64,000 nt of DNA. Origin: Octopus vulgaris. Taxonomy: Eukaryota. The position numbers and the translations under genes are program-made. The DNA is taken from positions 179,924,001 to 179,988,000 of the forward strand of contig OX597815.1 of assembly GCA_951406725.2 (NCBI GenBank), read 5' to 3'. Of the stretch, positions 13,187-26,676 are shown in pieces. Each line of letters begins with the position of its first letter. The stretch's first letter is position 1. Under the pieces are notes generated by a model. The model ran no database searches. It saw only the letters and a program-made list of their open reading frames with translations, and was not told the DNA's origin.

Positions 13187-13590
13187 AGGAGTGGCTGTGT
13201 GGTAAGTAGCTTGCTTACCAACCACATGGTTCCAGGTTCAAGTCCCACTGCGTGGCACCTTGGGCAAGTGTCTTCTACTATAGCCTCGGGTCGACCAAAG
13301 CCTTGTGTGTGGCTTTGGTAGACGGAAACTGAAAGAAGCCTGTCACATATATGTATATATATATATATGTGTGTATATATATGTTAGTGTGTGTGTGTTT
13401 GTCCCCCCAACATCGCTTGACAACTGATGCTGGTGTGTTTACATCCTTGTAACTTAGCGGTTCGGCAAAAGAGATCGATAGAATAAGTACTGGGCTTACA
13501 AAGAATAAGTCCTGGGGTCGATTTGCTCAACTAAAGGTAGTGCTCCAGCATGGCCACAGTCAAAGGACTGAAACAAGTAAAAGTGAGAGA
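13187..13590 (+). mobile_element. Full-length SINE family B (tRNA head, CORE-like segment, internal TA/TG microsatellite)
   Basis: ggagtggctgtgtggtaag (A box), ggttcaagtccc (B box), ggcaccttgggcaagtgtctt. Confidence 0.85.
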
Positions 13591-14049
13591 GAGTATTAAA
13601 TGCTTTTATAAGTCAAACCATGTTCTACTGTGTTAGCAGTGCGATTTTACATTATTTATTAAGGTTCTTTCTACAGATATTCCATAGAAATTATAGCCAG
13701 CATGCAAACAAAGAATGAGAGCAAAGTCCCCCACCACCCAAAATATGGCACATACACTCATTACCCATTTTTGACTCTGATCTCATTGTGTGGTTTACAT
13801 CTGATGTCCCAATATGGAGCAAAAGAACATTGCTGGTTATAATTTCTGTAGAAATAACCCTAATAAAATAACTACGACATAATTCAGTTTAACAGTTAAT
13901 CAAAGTAATCTCTTTCTGGAAGCCACACATTTTATCCAGCATTATTTCTATTGATGGAAGCATTTTTGGAACTTCCTTTTTGGGACAGCATGCAGCTGCC
14001 CCATTCCAGTCTCTTGGATTTCCTAAATGTCTTGAAATCTTGTTGCAGG

Positions 14050-14320
14050 GTGGGGTAGTCTATCACTGCAAAGACTAAGCCTTAGTTTTAGGGTTATTGC
14101 CACAGACCCACAATTCATCACCTGTTGTTGTTATGACCATTTTCAAAAAGTTTTCATTATCCTTGACACAATTCAAGGAGATCCTGTGCAGCTCAAACTC
14201 TGATCTCCTTTCTGAGACAACCACACTCAACACACTTCTGAGCACTTCTACAAACAACATAACTCAGAGTGCCTGCACAACAGAGTTGAATGTCAATAGC
14301 AACAGTCCTGATACTTTGTG
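14050..14320 (-). mobile_element. Mariner transposase remnant
   Basis: ENFLKMVITTTGDELWVCGNNPKTKA*SLQ resembles mariner FL.R.ITGDETW..YDPETK.QS.QW. Confidence 0.75.
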
Positions 14321-15104
14321 ATCAGACGATGTATACATTTATGTGTGTGTGGAGACACAATGGCCCAGTGGTTAGGGCAGTGGACTTGTGGCCATAGGAT
14401 TACCGTTTCACCTATACTATACAGATTGACCCTCATAAACATTTGATGTTTAAGGACCTCCAAGGGACATACAGACCTCAGTTGAGGACCTCTGATTTAG
14501 ATACTTATTTATTCCTTTAAGCATTTCTTGTGAAATGATTCTATGTTTATATTTAGAATCGTTATTTTCATGCATAGAAAATGGTTGTGTTGTTTGTATT
14601 TTCTTGTTACATAAAAAAAAGCAAAAACATCAGAATGCATTTTTCTTTACAAGATTTTCAGGAACACATCACTTCCAAAATGTGGGGGAGTACCGTACAC
14701 ATATGCGCACATATGTATGCACACATATACATACACACAAAAATAAGTAAAAAAAAAAAGGACAATAAGATACGCAAGAATAAAAACAAAAAATATAATT
14801 TCAAGAAATAATAGACGAAAGCTTATTGTGTACTTCGTGACCTGTGCACTAATGAACATTTTTAGAGTTTGGTGCTAAAATCGGCAACATCTTCAGGGTA
14901 TTCTTTCCCCTTTTTTCGTGATGTTTTAATTTGCGAGAAATCTATCTTTAGCATAATGTTTACATTCTGAATGAAACAGTTTTTGTGCCATTAGAACTCC
15001 TTCTGAGACTCCATGGCACCAGCGCTGTGTAATTTTGTCTACGTAGTTTGATTATCCTCTGCATTTTTTTTTTTTTCCATTATTTTCCTGAAGAGGGATT
15101 TCAT

Positions 15105-15487
15105 TATTCTTTTACTTGTTTCAGTCATTTGAGTGCGGCCATGCTGGAGCACTGCCTTTAGTCGAGCAAATCGACCCCCAGGACTTATTCTTTGTAAGCC
15201 TAGTACTTATTCTATCAGTCTCTTTTGCTGAACCGCTAAGTTATGGGTACGTAAACACACCAGCATCAGTTGTCAAGCGATGTGGGGGGGGGGGGCAGAC
15301 ACACAAACACACACACACATATATATGCATATACAAGACAGGCTTTCAGTTTCTGTCTACCAAATCCACTCACAAGGCTTTGGTCGCCCTGAGGCTATCG
15401 TAGAAGACACTTGCCCAAGGTGCCACGCAGTGGGACTGAACCCAGAACCATGTGGTTGGTAAGCAAGCTACTTACCACACAGCCACT
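15105..15487 (-). mobile_element. SINE family B
   Basis: Reverse complement of 13187-13590. Confidence 0.85.
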
Positions 15488-16004
15488 TTGTTCGTCTTTC
15501 ACCTGTTATTGCTTTATATTCAGTTTTTTTCCCGTAATGGTTTTCCTCATTTTTCCCCCCCTTTCATATTTTCACCATTAATCATTTCTTCCTCATCACA
15601 TAACGAAGGCACAGTAATACAGATTAGTACTCTTAAGGGATGAAATATTTGCATATCTGTTTGCGATACTGGGCCTAAAGATATTACCTTTGCCATGTTG
15701 TTATGCTTGATACACGTTTGAACTGGGAAACAAACCACTTACTGTGTTTTCTCACAGAAAATATATCTCACTTGTTGACAAATAGATCAGTTTGCAGTGC
15801 CATCTACCTAGACTCACAGTCTAGGTAGGGGGCACTGTGAACTGATCTAAGTGTATACACATCATTTGTCAACAAATGGGATATAATCTCTGTGACAAAA
15901 CCTGTGAATAGCTTATTCCCCAGTTCAAATGTGCATCAAACATGTTTGGACTGTTAATAGTATTGCAATTTTATTTATCACTGCTTTTTATGTGCCAGTG
16001 GAAT

Positions 16005-16550
16005 GTAAAAAGCACCATTTGAGTGTGGTCATTGCCAGTGTCACCTGACTGGCTCCCATGCCGGTGGCATGTAAAAAGCACCATTCGAGCGTGGTCATTG
16101 CCAGTGTCACCTGACTGGCTCCCGTGCCTGTGGCATGTAAAAAGCACCATTCGAGTGTGGTCATTGCCAGTGTCACCTGACTGGCTCCCGTGTCGGTGGC
16201 ATGTAAAAAGCACCATTCGAGCATGGTCATTGCCAGTGTCACCTGACTGGCTCCCGTGCCAGTGGCATGTAAAAAGCACCATTCGAGTGTGGTCATTGCC
16301 AGTGTCACCTGACTGGCTCCCGTGCCGGTGGCATGTAAAAAGCACCATTCGAGTGTGGTCATTGCCAGTGTCACCTGACTGGCTCCCGTGCCGGTGGCAT
16401 GTAAAAAGCACCATTCGAGTGTGGTCATTGCCAATGTCACCTGATTGGCTCCCGTGCCGGTGGCATGTAAAAAGCATCATTCGAGCGTGGTCATTGCCAG
16501 TGTCACCTGACTGGCTCCCGTGCCGGTGGCATGTAAAAAGCACCATTCAA
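16005..16550 (+). repeat. 66-bp tandem repeat (~8 units) inside an RTE 3' UTR copy (15990-16776)
   Basis: Unit gtaaaaagcaccattcgagtgtggtcattgccagtgtcacctgactggctcccgtgccggtggcat; 22-aa periodicity in three ORFs. Confidence 0.95.
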
Positions 16551-18359
16551 GCGTGGCTGATGCCAGTACTGTCTGACACTGGCCCTCGTGCAGGTGGCAC
16601 ATAAAAAGCACCCACTACACACTCAGAGTGGTTGGCGTTAGGAAGGGCATCCAACTGTAAAAAACATTGTCAGATCAGATTGGAGCCTGGTGCAGCCTTC
16701 TGGTTCACCAGCCCTCAGTCAAACCGTCCAACCCATGCCAGTATGGAAAGCGGACGTTAAAGGACGATGATGATGACTGCTCTTAGCACTCCCGCTCCGT
16801 AATTTACTTATGGTGAGCTGCCATATTGCACTACCAGTCATCGTATGGTGACTAGAAACGCATAAGAGAGGTAATCTCTTAATTCAGCTCATAGTGTCAT
16901 CTGCTTAGTATGTTTTACCAATGAGGAGATAACTACTCTGAAATTTTAACATCTCACAGTGTAGGTAGGTGGTGCTGTGAGCTGATCTAGGTGTGGACAC
17001 ACCGTTTGTCAACAACTGAGATATATTCTCCGTAACAAAACGCTGTGAGCAGCTTGTTCCCCAGTTCGAACGTGCATCAAGCATATTCAAACAGGTAACA
17101 ACATTGCAATTTCACTTATCACTGCTTAGCGCTCCCCCTCTGTAAATAATCTTTGCTGTCTTCAGACTTTTGGCAGATGGCACCCTGAAAACCTGGGGCG
17201 GTTGTTCTTTGTGTTATTGGTGTTGATTTTGCTATTTTCATTTTTGCTGTTTGTGCATAAATTTCCCAGTTCTTTGAGGTATTCAGTTCTAGACTGTAGT
17301 TTACTCTATCAAATATAAACAAGTAGACTTTCAACTGTGTATAATCAATCTTATACTCTTTGTATCAGTTTTCTACACTGGGTGCAGATCTAGTATGGCC
17401 CAGTTGCCTTTGTGGGATCACTAGGACCAGCAAGTTCATTTTGACATCCCCTGATCACACGTTACTTTGGCCAGTTTCCATTGAATTTATGCTGTGTCTA
17501 ACATCTCTTCTTGTGTATTGTTGTTGTGTTCCTTTGATCCATTTCCAATGAGCTGCCAATGCATTGTCAGAAATATGTCTGAAAATTTCTGCCTGTATTT
17601 TTGCTGTATCTTCAGTTTGAAAGGCACAGCAAATAGTGTTGTAGATTTTGTATTTTTCAATTGAGAAACATTTCCTGATATGTCTTGAAGAACTTTTTGC
17701 ACTACTTAATACGAGGAGAAATTTAATCAACTTCCTTTTTTCCATAAGCAGAGGTACAAGATTTTTTTTCTTTGTCTTCTTCTGGATTTTCTTCTCTAGC
17801 AAAAGAACTGCTGTTAGATTTTTACAAAATGTTCCTACCAACATTTTTGTTTTTCTTATAACAGTCATAGATCCAAATATTCTATCGATTCATTTTGAGA
17901 GAAGATTTATATTTACACAGTGATTGTTGTTGTTGTTACTCTTGCTCTCTTCCAACTTGTTTGAGTTTTTTGGAACATTTTCTTCCATTTATTGCTCACA
18001 ACACTATTTCTTTTTCGTCTTTCTCTCGTACATTTAATCGTGTGTTCAATTTTGTGGGGCATTTTTTAGCCATTGTAGAGCTTTGAAATGTGAGATAATT
18101 ATGTTTGGTAGACATTCTACACCTGGAAATGTAACGTGCATGAAGAAAATTTTAAAAGTTTGAGAAAAAAAAGTCTTCATTTTTGTTTGCCTTCTCTGGG
18201 GTATTGAGGGCAACTCTTCCTTAGTGGATTAAAGTTCTTTTCACAAATACTCCACAAAATATTTTCTTTGGTAATGATTGAGTAAAACATTTCTTGACAG
18301 GAAAAGCAAAAACATTGTCTTCACAGTATGAGAGTCAACTAATAATAATAATAAGAAGA

Positions 18360-18660
18360 AGACAGAAAAGTTGATAGATACGACAGGTTAGCTTGGGAGG
18401 TTAAGCAGTTGTAAAGGTGGTAGTAGTACCAATAATTGTTGGAGCCCTGGGAACAGTGAGTAAAAATCTTGAGAAGTACATGGAACAAATAGGGGCTGCA
18501 ATAAGGGTGGAGCACTTGCAGAAAACAGCACTGCTTGGAACCGCTTGAATACTCCGAAAGGTGCTCGAAAAATAAGAGCTGTTACTTTAGTTCACTGGTA
18601 GTGAACAGCTGACACCGTAGTACATCTCCAGCGTTAGAAGCTGTGCAAAGGCAGAAATAA
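18360..18660 (+). mobile_element. R4/Dong-like RLE LINE 3' end
   Basis: VVVPIIVGALGTVSKNLEKYMEQIGAAIRVEHLQKTALLGTA*ILRKVLE; (TAA)n-like tail. Confidence 0.75.
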
Positions 18661-18679
18661 TGACGATAATAATAATAAT

Positions 18680-19085
18680 GCAAGAAGATGGAAAAGTAAC
18701 GATACTCTGGGACTATGATTTTCAGACGGATTGTGTAATCGAACACCGTTGGCCGGATATTGTCATACTGAATAAGAGAAACAAATACTGTCAGATTGTT
18801 GATGTAGCCATACTAAATGACATGAATGTTTTAAGTAAAGAAAGGTTGAAAAAAATCACCAAGTTCTCCAAATTGGAAGCAGAAATGGCAAGACTGTATG
18901 GAATGCAAGAGGGTAATGTAACAGTGATACCAGTGACGATCGGAGCGTTGGGCTGAATTCCATTGAAACTTCAAGACTTCTTAAGGCAACTCGAAATCCC
19001 ATGCAAGATTGATGTTTTGCAAAAAGTAGCCTTATTGGGCACAGTGGACATCTTAAGGAAAGTATTATCTGTCTGAGGTCCTTGT
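18680..19085 (+). mobile_element. R4/Dong-like RLE endonuclease fragment
   Basis: ILWDYDFQTDCVIEHRWPDIVILNKRNKYCQIVDVAI...KITKF...VIPVTIGALG*...LQKVALLGTVDILRKVL (PD..D RLE motif). Confidence 0.85.
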
Positions 19086-19134
19086 TGTGACTTGACAGAT
19101 ACTTGACAGATGACTGAAGACTCTGGTGCATTTT

Positions 19135-19473
19135 TACCTCCAGCCTCGTCTGGCACCTGTGTCGGTGGCACATACAAACACCATCCGAGTGTGGCCGTTC
19201 GCCAGCCTCGTCTGGCACCTGTGTCGGTGGCACATAAAAACACCATCCGAACGTGGCCGTTCGCCAGCCTCATCTGGCACCTGTGTCGGTGGCACATAAA
19301 ATCACCCACTACACTCTCGGAGTGGTTGGCGTTAGGAAGGGCATCCAGCTGTAGAAACACTGCCAGATCTGACTGGCCTGGTGCAGCCTTCGGGGCTCCC
19401 CAGACCCCAGTTGAACCGTCCAACCCATGCTAGCATGGAAAGCGGACGTTAAATGATGATGATGATGATGATG
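19135..19473 (+). mobile_element. RTE 3' UTR copy
   Basis: Internal repeats, ggaagggcatccagc block and (TGA)n tail. Confidence 0.75.
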
Positions 19474-19639
19474 TGTTTTGAAGGAATAATGATAATAATG
19501 ATGGTGATGTTGGGACATGCCCTTTGATTCAGAAGGTATACAATTTCTGAGATAATAGTGCATTTCTTCCAAATCAACGTGTCAGTGCTAAATATACCAC
19601 TAAAAGAAAAATAGAAATATAAAGATTGGGAGATGTAGA

Positions 19640-20233
19640 TAACCAGTAAGTGGAGTCAATCTAATTGACTGGCCCCCTTCCCCCACAAAAAATTTCAGGC
19701 CTTGTGCCTAGAATAGAAAAGGATATTACTGTGTGTCAAGGCGGCGAGCTGGCAGAAACATTAGCACACCGGGCAAAATGCTTAGTGGTATTTTGTCTGT
19801 CTTTACGTTCTGAGCTCAAATTCTGCCAAGGTCGACTTTGCCATTCATCCTTTTAGGATTGATAAATTAAGTACCAGTTATGCACTGGGGTCAATGTAAT
19901 TGACTTAATCCCTTTGTCTGTCCTTGTTTGTCCCCTCTATGTTTAGCCCTCTGTGGACAATAAAGAAATAAATATATATGGTTCTATTACTTAGCCTTCA
20001 TTAATATGTAATTCATAAGGCAGCAAGCTGTCATAAACGTTAGCACATCGGTTGAAATGCTTAATAGTATTTCATCTGTCTTTACGTTCTGAGTTCAAAT
20101 CCTGTCAAGGTTGACTTTGCCTTTTATTCTTTTGCGGTCGATAAATTAAGTACCAGTTGCATATTGGGATCAATCTAATTGACTGGCCCCCCTCCCCAAA
20201 AATTTTGGGCCTTGTGCCTAGAGTAGAAAAGAT
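19640..20233 (+). mobile_element. SINE family A cluster
   Basis: Two near-complete copies and one partial. Confidence 0.8.
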
Positions 20234-21835
20234 TATTTTTAACACTACAGGCTCTCTCACTCTGACAGTCTCTCTCTCTCTCTCTAACACTCAACTGACT
20301 TCCTCTCTTTCCTTGACCAACTGAGATAGGCAAATATCTCCTCAACAGCAAGAGGGCTATCTCTGTCTCTCTATCTTACTCTAATCTCATGGTTCAACTC
20401 CTTCTCTCAGCTGAGAGGTCCTTGTGTTGCGAGCTTGCAGGTGCTGGTGCCACATATAAAGCACCCATGACAGTGTCATGTATAAAGCACCTGTGATGGT
20501 GTCACGTATAAAGTGCTGGTGTTGGTGCCACATTAACAAGCACCCTGGACACTCTGCAAAATGGTTGGCATTGGGAAGGGCATCCAGTTGCAGAAAGCTC
20601 CTTGGCTTGTCAGCTCCTGTTGAACTGTCCAACTCCTGCCAGCATGGAAAATGGACATCAAATGATGATGATAACGATGATGATGATCATAAGGAAAATG
20701 ATGATGACGATGATGAAGAATGCTGTGAAACTTGCACGTTAAATCTTTTTGATTCACTTATGATGTCACATCCCTAGCAATTAAACTGTTTGTTTAATTG
20801 AAGACTTTTTAATTGCTCTTAGGGTTCACAGAACAGGCCAGAATATGAAGACTGCAAAACGAGAGAGCAGTGTCAACTGGTGATAAATAAACAACTATAA
20901 TTACAATAACGTCATAACAATAATAACAATAATTACATAAAGCTTTTTAATGGGAAACTAAAAGTAAAAAAATACCGTCAGGCATTGAAGAAAATAATTT
21001 TTAAATGTAGGAAGATGGAAAAGAAAAAGCGTGTTGCTGGCAAATTAATTTGCACCAGAAATTAAATTCAATGTCAACAATAATGTAATTAACATAAACA
21101 CAAGTAATTAGTGACAGCTTTGATATAATAAATTACAAGTTCAATGAACTGAAGAACACGAAGAAATGCAAAGAGGAATCATGGGAAAAAATTCAGAAGA
21201 CATCAATAAATAAAGTTTAGATTTTTGACGAAACAAATCCAAAAATGGCTGAAGATTCAACAAGCTCAGCGCGAATGATGAATGAGACCTAACGAGGCTG
21301 AACCGTTGACCCTTTGATTGTCAGGTGTGTGGATTCACTTGGAGAGTATTTATATAAATACATCATCATCATCATCGTTGTTTTAATGTCTACTTTTTCA
21401 TGCTTTCATAACTTAATCCTTTAGCATTCCGATTGCTCTGTCAAATGTAATGCATATTTATTCACACTGGTTTTCAATTATCAATGCTTTATCTTGTAGC
21501 TTTGAGAATGCAATGGTGTGATTGCCTAACTTTAGAACGACCTTGTCAAGTTAGTGTCAGAGGTTGGATCTGTTCAGTTTTAACATAAAACAGGTAGAAT
21601 ATTTGAACTGGATCTGACCAGTTTAAATTCTAAAAGGTTAAAGGGAATATTCAGGGTGCATAATATAGTTTAATTAGAATCATACTAACAAACAATAACC
21701 ATTATTCCAAGAGATATGTAAAGCAGTCACACACACTTCCAATGGCTACATTACGAATTTAAGCTGAACAATACCAAAGATGTCGACTGCAGAAGTGCTG
21801 TGCACAAAGCCTAAACCATGTTACTACTCATATAC

Positions 21836-22057
21836 CTGTTTCTTTACTACTCACAAGGGGCTAAACACAGAGAGGACAAACAAGGACAGACAAAGGGATA
21901 AAGTCGATTACATCGACCCCAGTGTGTAACTGGTACTTATTTAATCGACCCCGAAAGGATGAAAGGCAAAGTTGACCTCGGCAGAATTTGAACTCAGAAC
22001 GTAACGGCTATGCATTTCGCCCAGCGTGCTAACGTTTCTGCCAGCTCGATGCCTTAA
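21836..22057 (-). mobile_element. SINE family A with 14-bp target-site duplication
   Basis: tactactcatatac at 21822-21835 and 22058-22071. Confidence 0.9.
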
Positions 22058-22084
22058 TACTACTCATATACTATTAACTCTTTC

Positions 22085-22500
22085 TACTTACAGGTACGTC
22101 ACCCTATGGTTGGTCGGAACTCCATTGACAATCCCTTTCCATACTACACGGTCTTGCATTTTGTGTTCAGATCTCTAATATCCTGTCCCGAGTCCCGAGA
22201 TATAGATTCTGGAAATGTCAGTTTCCTGGAGAAAACACTTCCAGAGGGATGCCGTAGGAGCAGGGATGAGATAACTTCTTTCTCTGCTTGATGACAGTGG
22301 CCAGCAAATTATAGCCATTTCCGCTTTAGCTTGAGGGATATTGGTATCAGATTTCCGTAGATGTTACTAAGTGTTGAGCGTGATTTCCAACTGATGCTCT
22401 GCATCTTTCTGGGCATGTTGGTATATGTTCCATCTTGTTTTTCTAAGAGATCCTATAAGGTCTCTGATCCATAGAGAAGGACCGGCTCAATCAGTGTTTC
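22085..22500 (-). mobile_element. Decayed RTE-like LINE ORF C-terminus
   Basis: NIYGNLIPISLKLKRKWL*FAGHCHQAEKEVISSLLL; same family as 43820-44135. Confidence 0.65.
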
Positions 22501-23007
22501 TAAATATTTTCCTACTTGTAGGTACATCATCATCATTTAACATCCATTGTCTTTGCTGGCAGGGGTTGGATGGTTTGACTGGGCTGGCATGCTGGAAGGC
22601 TGCACCAAACTCCAGTCTGATTTGGCATGGTTTTCTACAGCTGGATGCCCTTCCTAATACCAACCAGAGTGTAACAAGTGCTTCTACATTCCACTGGCAT
22701 GGGTGCCATTTGTTTGGCACCGGTCCCTGCCACAACGGTGATTTTGGTCAGCTTGACAGGTCTTCTTCTCAAGGCATGAATTTTTGTGGGGGGAGTGGAG
22801 TAAGTCAATTACATTGACCCCAGTATCCAACTGCTACTTATTTTATTGACCCTGAAAGGGATGAAAGGCAAAGTCAACCTCAACTGAAATTGAACTCAGA
22901 ACGTAAACATGGACAAAATGCTGCTAAGCATTTTGCCTGGCGTTCTAAAGATTCTGGGTGGGGGTGGGAGTAGTATTGAGGGGCAGAAAAGGTGTATTGC
23001 ATTAGGA

Positions 23008-23217
23008 AAGGGTTAGTAGCCCACGCTCTTAACCACTATGCCCACGGGCATATGGTGTAGTAATAATAATGATAATAATAATAATATCGAAAAATACTTT
23101 AGGAATGAGGTTTGAAATTTCCGCATGACACCTGATGAAGGCTGGAGGGTATATCAGCCGAAACATTGTGTTAACAACAAACAAGATGAGGACAAATATC
23201 CGTCAAATGTAAATAAG
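23008..23217 (+). mobile_element. Penelope-like pLTR (family H1) with hammerhead 23128-23171
   Basis: acac-CTGATGA-a-ggctg-gagggtatat-cagcc-GAAA-caTT-gtgt; partial tRNA-like fold-back at 23008-23061. Confidence 0.8.
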
Positions 23218-26200
23218 AATCCTAGCCATCGGCAGACTGACTTATAGAATATGGTGAGAGAGGAAACACAAGCAAATGATTAAATATAGATGCTGAACAA
23301 TGAACACGCATTGGCTAAGTTATAATTAGAAAAAGTACTTTGAGAAACAGAATTGCTTATGGATAAAGAAGGCAAATGAGAGAGGAAAAAAAAAGTGACA
23401 TTAATGGTAGCAATCCAGCAAAATGTCATGCTAAAAGAAAACACCAAGAAAATAAAAAAAGAAAACAAACAGAACACAATAAAGAACACTGAAAAGAACA
23501 GAAGAAAACAAATGAAACATAAACACAAAAAGATAAATCTAAGCCTAAGAAAGTAATAAATGCATCAACTAAGTTCAGTACATTTCCAGAACATCACAAT
23601 TATATATGTGTGTATGGGTGTATGTATGTGCATGCACACACACATACACACACACAGATATATAAATAGATATATGATACAAAATGGAGTGAATGGTATT
23701 CTGTATTCAATCACTACAATTGTTTCGACACATTGTTACACGTGTAGTACATTGGTGAGATGTTGTGTAATCATTATCTTGCATCCAAAGTACAAAATAC
23801 CCCACCTCAGGTGATTGTTTAAATATGTCCTTTATTAGATCCTAACATTATTTTATTCAGTGTGAGAATGCATACTCAAAGCAGTGTCACGTTTTCAGCA
23901 GTTTACAGACAAACTAAACCCAGGTAAAATATATTTATAATTGAAATTCAAAATACAGAAACAAAGAAACAGATAGGCAAAGGGGGGCTCAGGTTGACTA
24001 TGAATTACAATTCTATCTTCATGGTCAGATTATAAGTAAGAAAGTACAAAACAAAATGAAGAATAAAATGAACCATTTAGAGATAATAAAGTGATGAAGG
24101 CTGACCATTTTAGTACTTACCAAGTGTTTATTTCTGGGAAGGAACTAAATTACCTTATGTCTTTCACAATACTTTGGACACTTGATAATAATTACATGAT
24201 TTCATTTCATTTTCTATTATCTATCTGTTTATATAAACTCTATGGTTACTATGGAATTCCTGATATATATCCAGTAGCAGGAGCATTTAACCTGTATGAT
24301 GACATCAGATAGCCAATAACTGTGGAAGAACTTTGCATAGCATTCTACAAGGTTTTTACCCCAATCTTATTTAACTATATCATCATCAACATCATTGTTT
24401 AACATCTGCCCTCCATGCTAGCATGGGTGGGACAGTTTGACAAGAGCTGGCCAGGCAGAAGCCTGCACCAGACTTCTGTGACTGTTTTGGGAGGGTTTTT
24501 ACAGCTGGATGCCCTCCCTAATACCAATCACTCAACAGAGTGGACTTGGTGCTTTTTATGTGGCACAAACACAAGCGAAGTCAGTTTAGGCAAGGTTTTT
24601 ACAGATGGATGTTTTTATTCCAACAAATTGCTACCTGTGGTACTATGGGAACAAGGTATTATTGCTACCACTTCGACAATACTGTCTGAAGTCTACATCG
24701 GTTCATTCATTTAATACAACTTACTTTTATCATTTCAGAAGCTGTTTTCCAGTTTGAACAGAAGCAATGTGTGGACCATGCAGGAGTCATACATACACCA
24801 GGGAAGGGGGTTTTCTGCCCCCCCCCGCCCAGGGGCCCCATTACTCATATGAAAAATTTTAAGAGTCTAAAACCATCTCTGGAACAATAGTAATACATGT
24901 TCCAAGTGTGGAGAAAATCAGTTGTGAACTTCAGAAGTTCTGCCAGTTTACATACACACACCCTCAGTTATATATATATATATAGAGAGAAGATAGATTG
25001 ATAGAGGGAGATAGATAGATAGATAGACAGACACAGACATATACATAATTCAAATAATAAGAAAACAAAGAAATCTTTAACTAATCTTTAATGATTTGTT
25101 CATACCTTTATCCCCTGCCAGGATCTAAGATGAATATAAACACACATATACACATTTGTGTGTGAGTGTGTTTATCAAGTAAGATAAAAATCAAATTTGG
25201 AAAATAAAAAATAATTCAAAATGAAGAAATTGATATCAAAATTACTCTTCACTGATAAAAACAAAGAAATAAGTGCAGTCTGCCTGGCTGCTGAATAAAT
25301 CATACAAGGTTTAGGCAAATGTGTGTGAGTGCATACGTGTGTGAGTACTTGTGTGTGTGTGTGTATGTGTGTTTGTGTTTGCCACTATTATAAATAAACA
25401 TACATGAATATAAAAATATTTTTTTTATATTCAAAGAAAATGGAAGTCTAGAGTAGAAATGGAAGACAGAAAATGCAATAAGTAAAAAGAAAAGAGCTTT
25501 TGAATTTTGATTGAAGTTCACAACAAACAGTGTTCTATCAACGAATGGGAAACAAAACGGAAAGAAGGAATATTCAAAGAAAGCCACAGAGAGTCTCCAA
25601 TCCAATATAGTTGGAATCAAAGAGTGGTTAAAACAACAAATACGAGCAACAGAAAGATGTGAGGAATACGGTAATTTGGGCAAAACAAACTACTCTCAAT
25701 AACAAGGAATAAGTCTCTGGAGACATATATCACCAAAAAAAAAAAAATACGTATAAGTCATCAAAAAGTGAGAAATGAAGGCATTTTGGGAAACACCCAT
25801 GCAGAAAAAGAGAACATTTAAAATGGATCGGATAGCTCATGGATAAAACTGCAAGAAAGGGAGGCTGCAAAAAATGATGGTAGAGAGAATGTGAGGAGAA
25901 AGAAAATGGAAAACATTTGGGAATGATATGGCTTGATGCATCTGGTTCAAACAACGATATGTAATGCATGAATGTTAATAGAAATATTTTTGTGGGAATG
26001 TCAATACAAAGATTTCGGTTTATTAATAGAAAATCCAAGAAAAAGAAACATTGGAGATAAAAAGGGACACACAAAGCTGTTGAATAAAAAAAGGGAGAAA
26101 CAGCTGAAGCTCCCTGTGTGACCCCTAAGCAAACCTATAAACTCCTAACTCTAATAGGATGACTGAGGTAAACATAATTTAAGACACTGAACTTCTGTTT

Positions 26201-26676
26201 AGCTAATTCAAAGATTGTTTGTGGCTACAACAGCAAAAATTGATTGTTTATCAGTTTTCTTCTTATTTCCTAAATATAGATCTTGATGAATCTCAAAGAT
26301 AAAATAATGCTGAACTAAGAACACTACATGTGGTTTTATAAATGTAGGTTAAAGTAAGAAAGAATGTAGAGACAGACATGTGAAAATGTATGTCAGTGAC
26401 TCAATTAAATAATTTATGTTGCAGAAATGTTATGGAAAATGTTTGTATATTTTGTGCTTTACAAAGTCAATTAGATAAGGTATGTGGAAAATAGAACGTC
26501 GAATCAATGTAATAATTTGTGTTGCAGAATTGAAAGTGGAACACGTACATAAAAAATAATTTAGAAAGAGAAGGAAATTTGTTAAATATAGATCGATGCC
26601 AGGATTGCCTGACTGGCCCCCATGTGGGTGGCGTGTAAAAAACACCATCCAATCATGATCAATGCTAGGACTGCTG

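Noticed and set aside
14830-14900. Additional minus-strand hammerhead (CTGAAGA...GAAG)
   Set aside because: The GAAA box and stems I/III are not convincingly recoverable.
16005-16550. CRISPR-like array or 22-aa repeat protein
   Set aside because: Units are contiguous near-identical 66-mers with no unique spacers and no cas genes. The array lies within a retroelement UTR, and frames stay open only because the unit is a stop-free multiple of 3.
18180-18225. NTPEK on the minus strand as a further NCS-1 exon
   Set aside because: Flanking residues (GRVAL-NTPEK-ANKNEDF) do not fit LPEEENTPEKRV.KIF, and suitable splice sites are lacking.
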